Source of the DNA: a virus
Taxonomy: Duplodnaviria; Caudoviricetes
IMG/VR virus record: IMGVR_UViG_3300020195_000031
Location: 1 to 54,902 of that record
DNA length: 54,902 bases
Direction: 5' to 3' (one strand)
The notes beneath the pieces were generated by a model that was given only the letters and a program-made list of their open reading frames with translations, was not told the DNA's origin and ran no database searches. Each line of letters begins with the position of its first letter. Positions within the stretch are counted from its first letter, which is position 1. The translations under genes and the position numbers were made by a program. Below, piece after piece: positions 54,766-54,902 of the stretch.

Positions 54766-54902
54766 TCAGCCGCTTTGCGTTTTCTGCGGCGGCTTGCAGC
54801 AGTCGTGCAGCGGTAGCCGCTGATTCATCATTTTGGCAAGCTATGAGCAGGGCGCGAGCCGCATCAATGTCTCTACCGATCTTTGAATCGAGTGTGCTTC
54901 GG
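54766..54902 (-). CDS. 3' part of a small ORF running off the window edge
   Basis: only minus frame open to 54766: ...STLDSKIGRDIDAARALL...QSG*. Confidence 0.4.

Noticed and set aside
1-54902. Alternative genetic code, introns or inteins
   Set aside because: Core genes are long and intact in code 11; no intein or intron signatures noticed in polA, nrdJ, terL or the helicases.

Overview
The window is a tailed dsDNA phage (siphovirus-type) genome segment that may be a complete, circularly permuted genome of about 55 kb. Leftward arm (1-24.6 kb): DNA metabolism and host-takeover genes, including a PD-(D/E)XK exonuclease, RNase H, ATP-dependent ligase, UvrD helicase, sigma factor, CsrA, NYN nuclease, class II RNR, VRR-NUC, PolA, SNF2 helicase, a degenerate ThyX-like protein, a tRNA-like element, a putative SSB and two ParB-like proteins. 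A divergent control region at 24.6-24.95 kb is followed by a rightward primase-helicase / dNMP kinase / nuclease operon (25-29.9 kb). The leftward virion operon (30-54.5 kb) runs from TerS, lambda-GpA-type TerL and portal through scaffold, P22-like capsid, tail genes and tape measure to a large tail protein and putative lysis genes. I saw no integrase, prohead protease or endolysin. The CsrA style suggests a Planctomycetota host (inference only). Most notable signals: (1) an N-terminal motif TVGF[FY]E shared by scaffold and capsid, suggesting an unknown maturation-cleavage system; (2) a ~33-bp motif heading all three major operons; (3) a ~480-nt structured non-coding transcript between a sigma70 promoter and a terminator, close to csrA; (4) a tRNA with a non-canonical anticodon loop abutting a ThyX-like gene that lacks catalytic motifs; (5) an 18-bp perfect inverted repeat bracketing one parB-like gene, plus a repeated AGAATCAAATCAATT motif. 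All product calls come from reading motifs by eye; no database searches were run.
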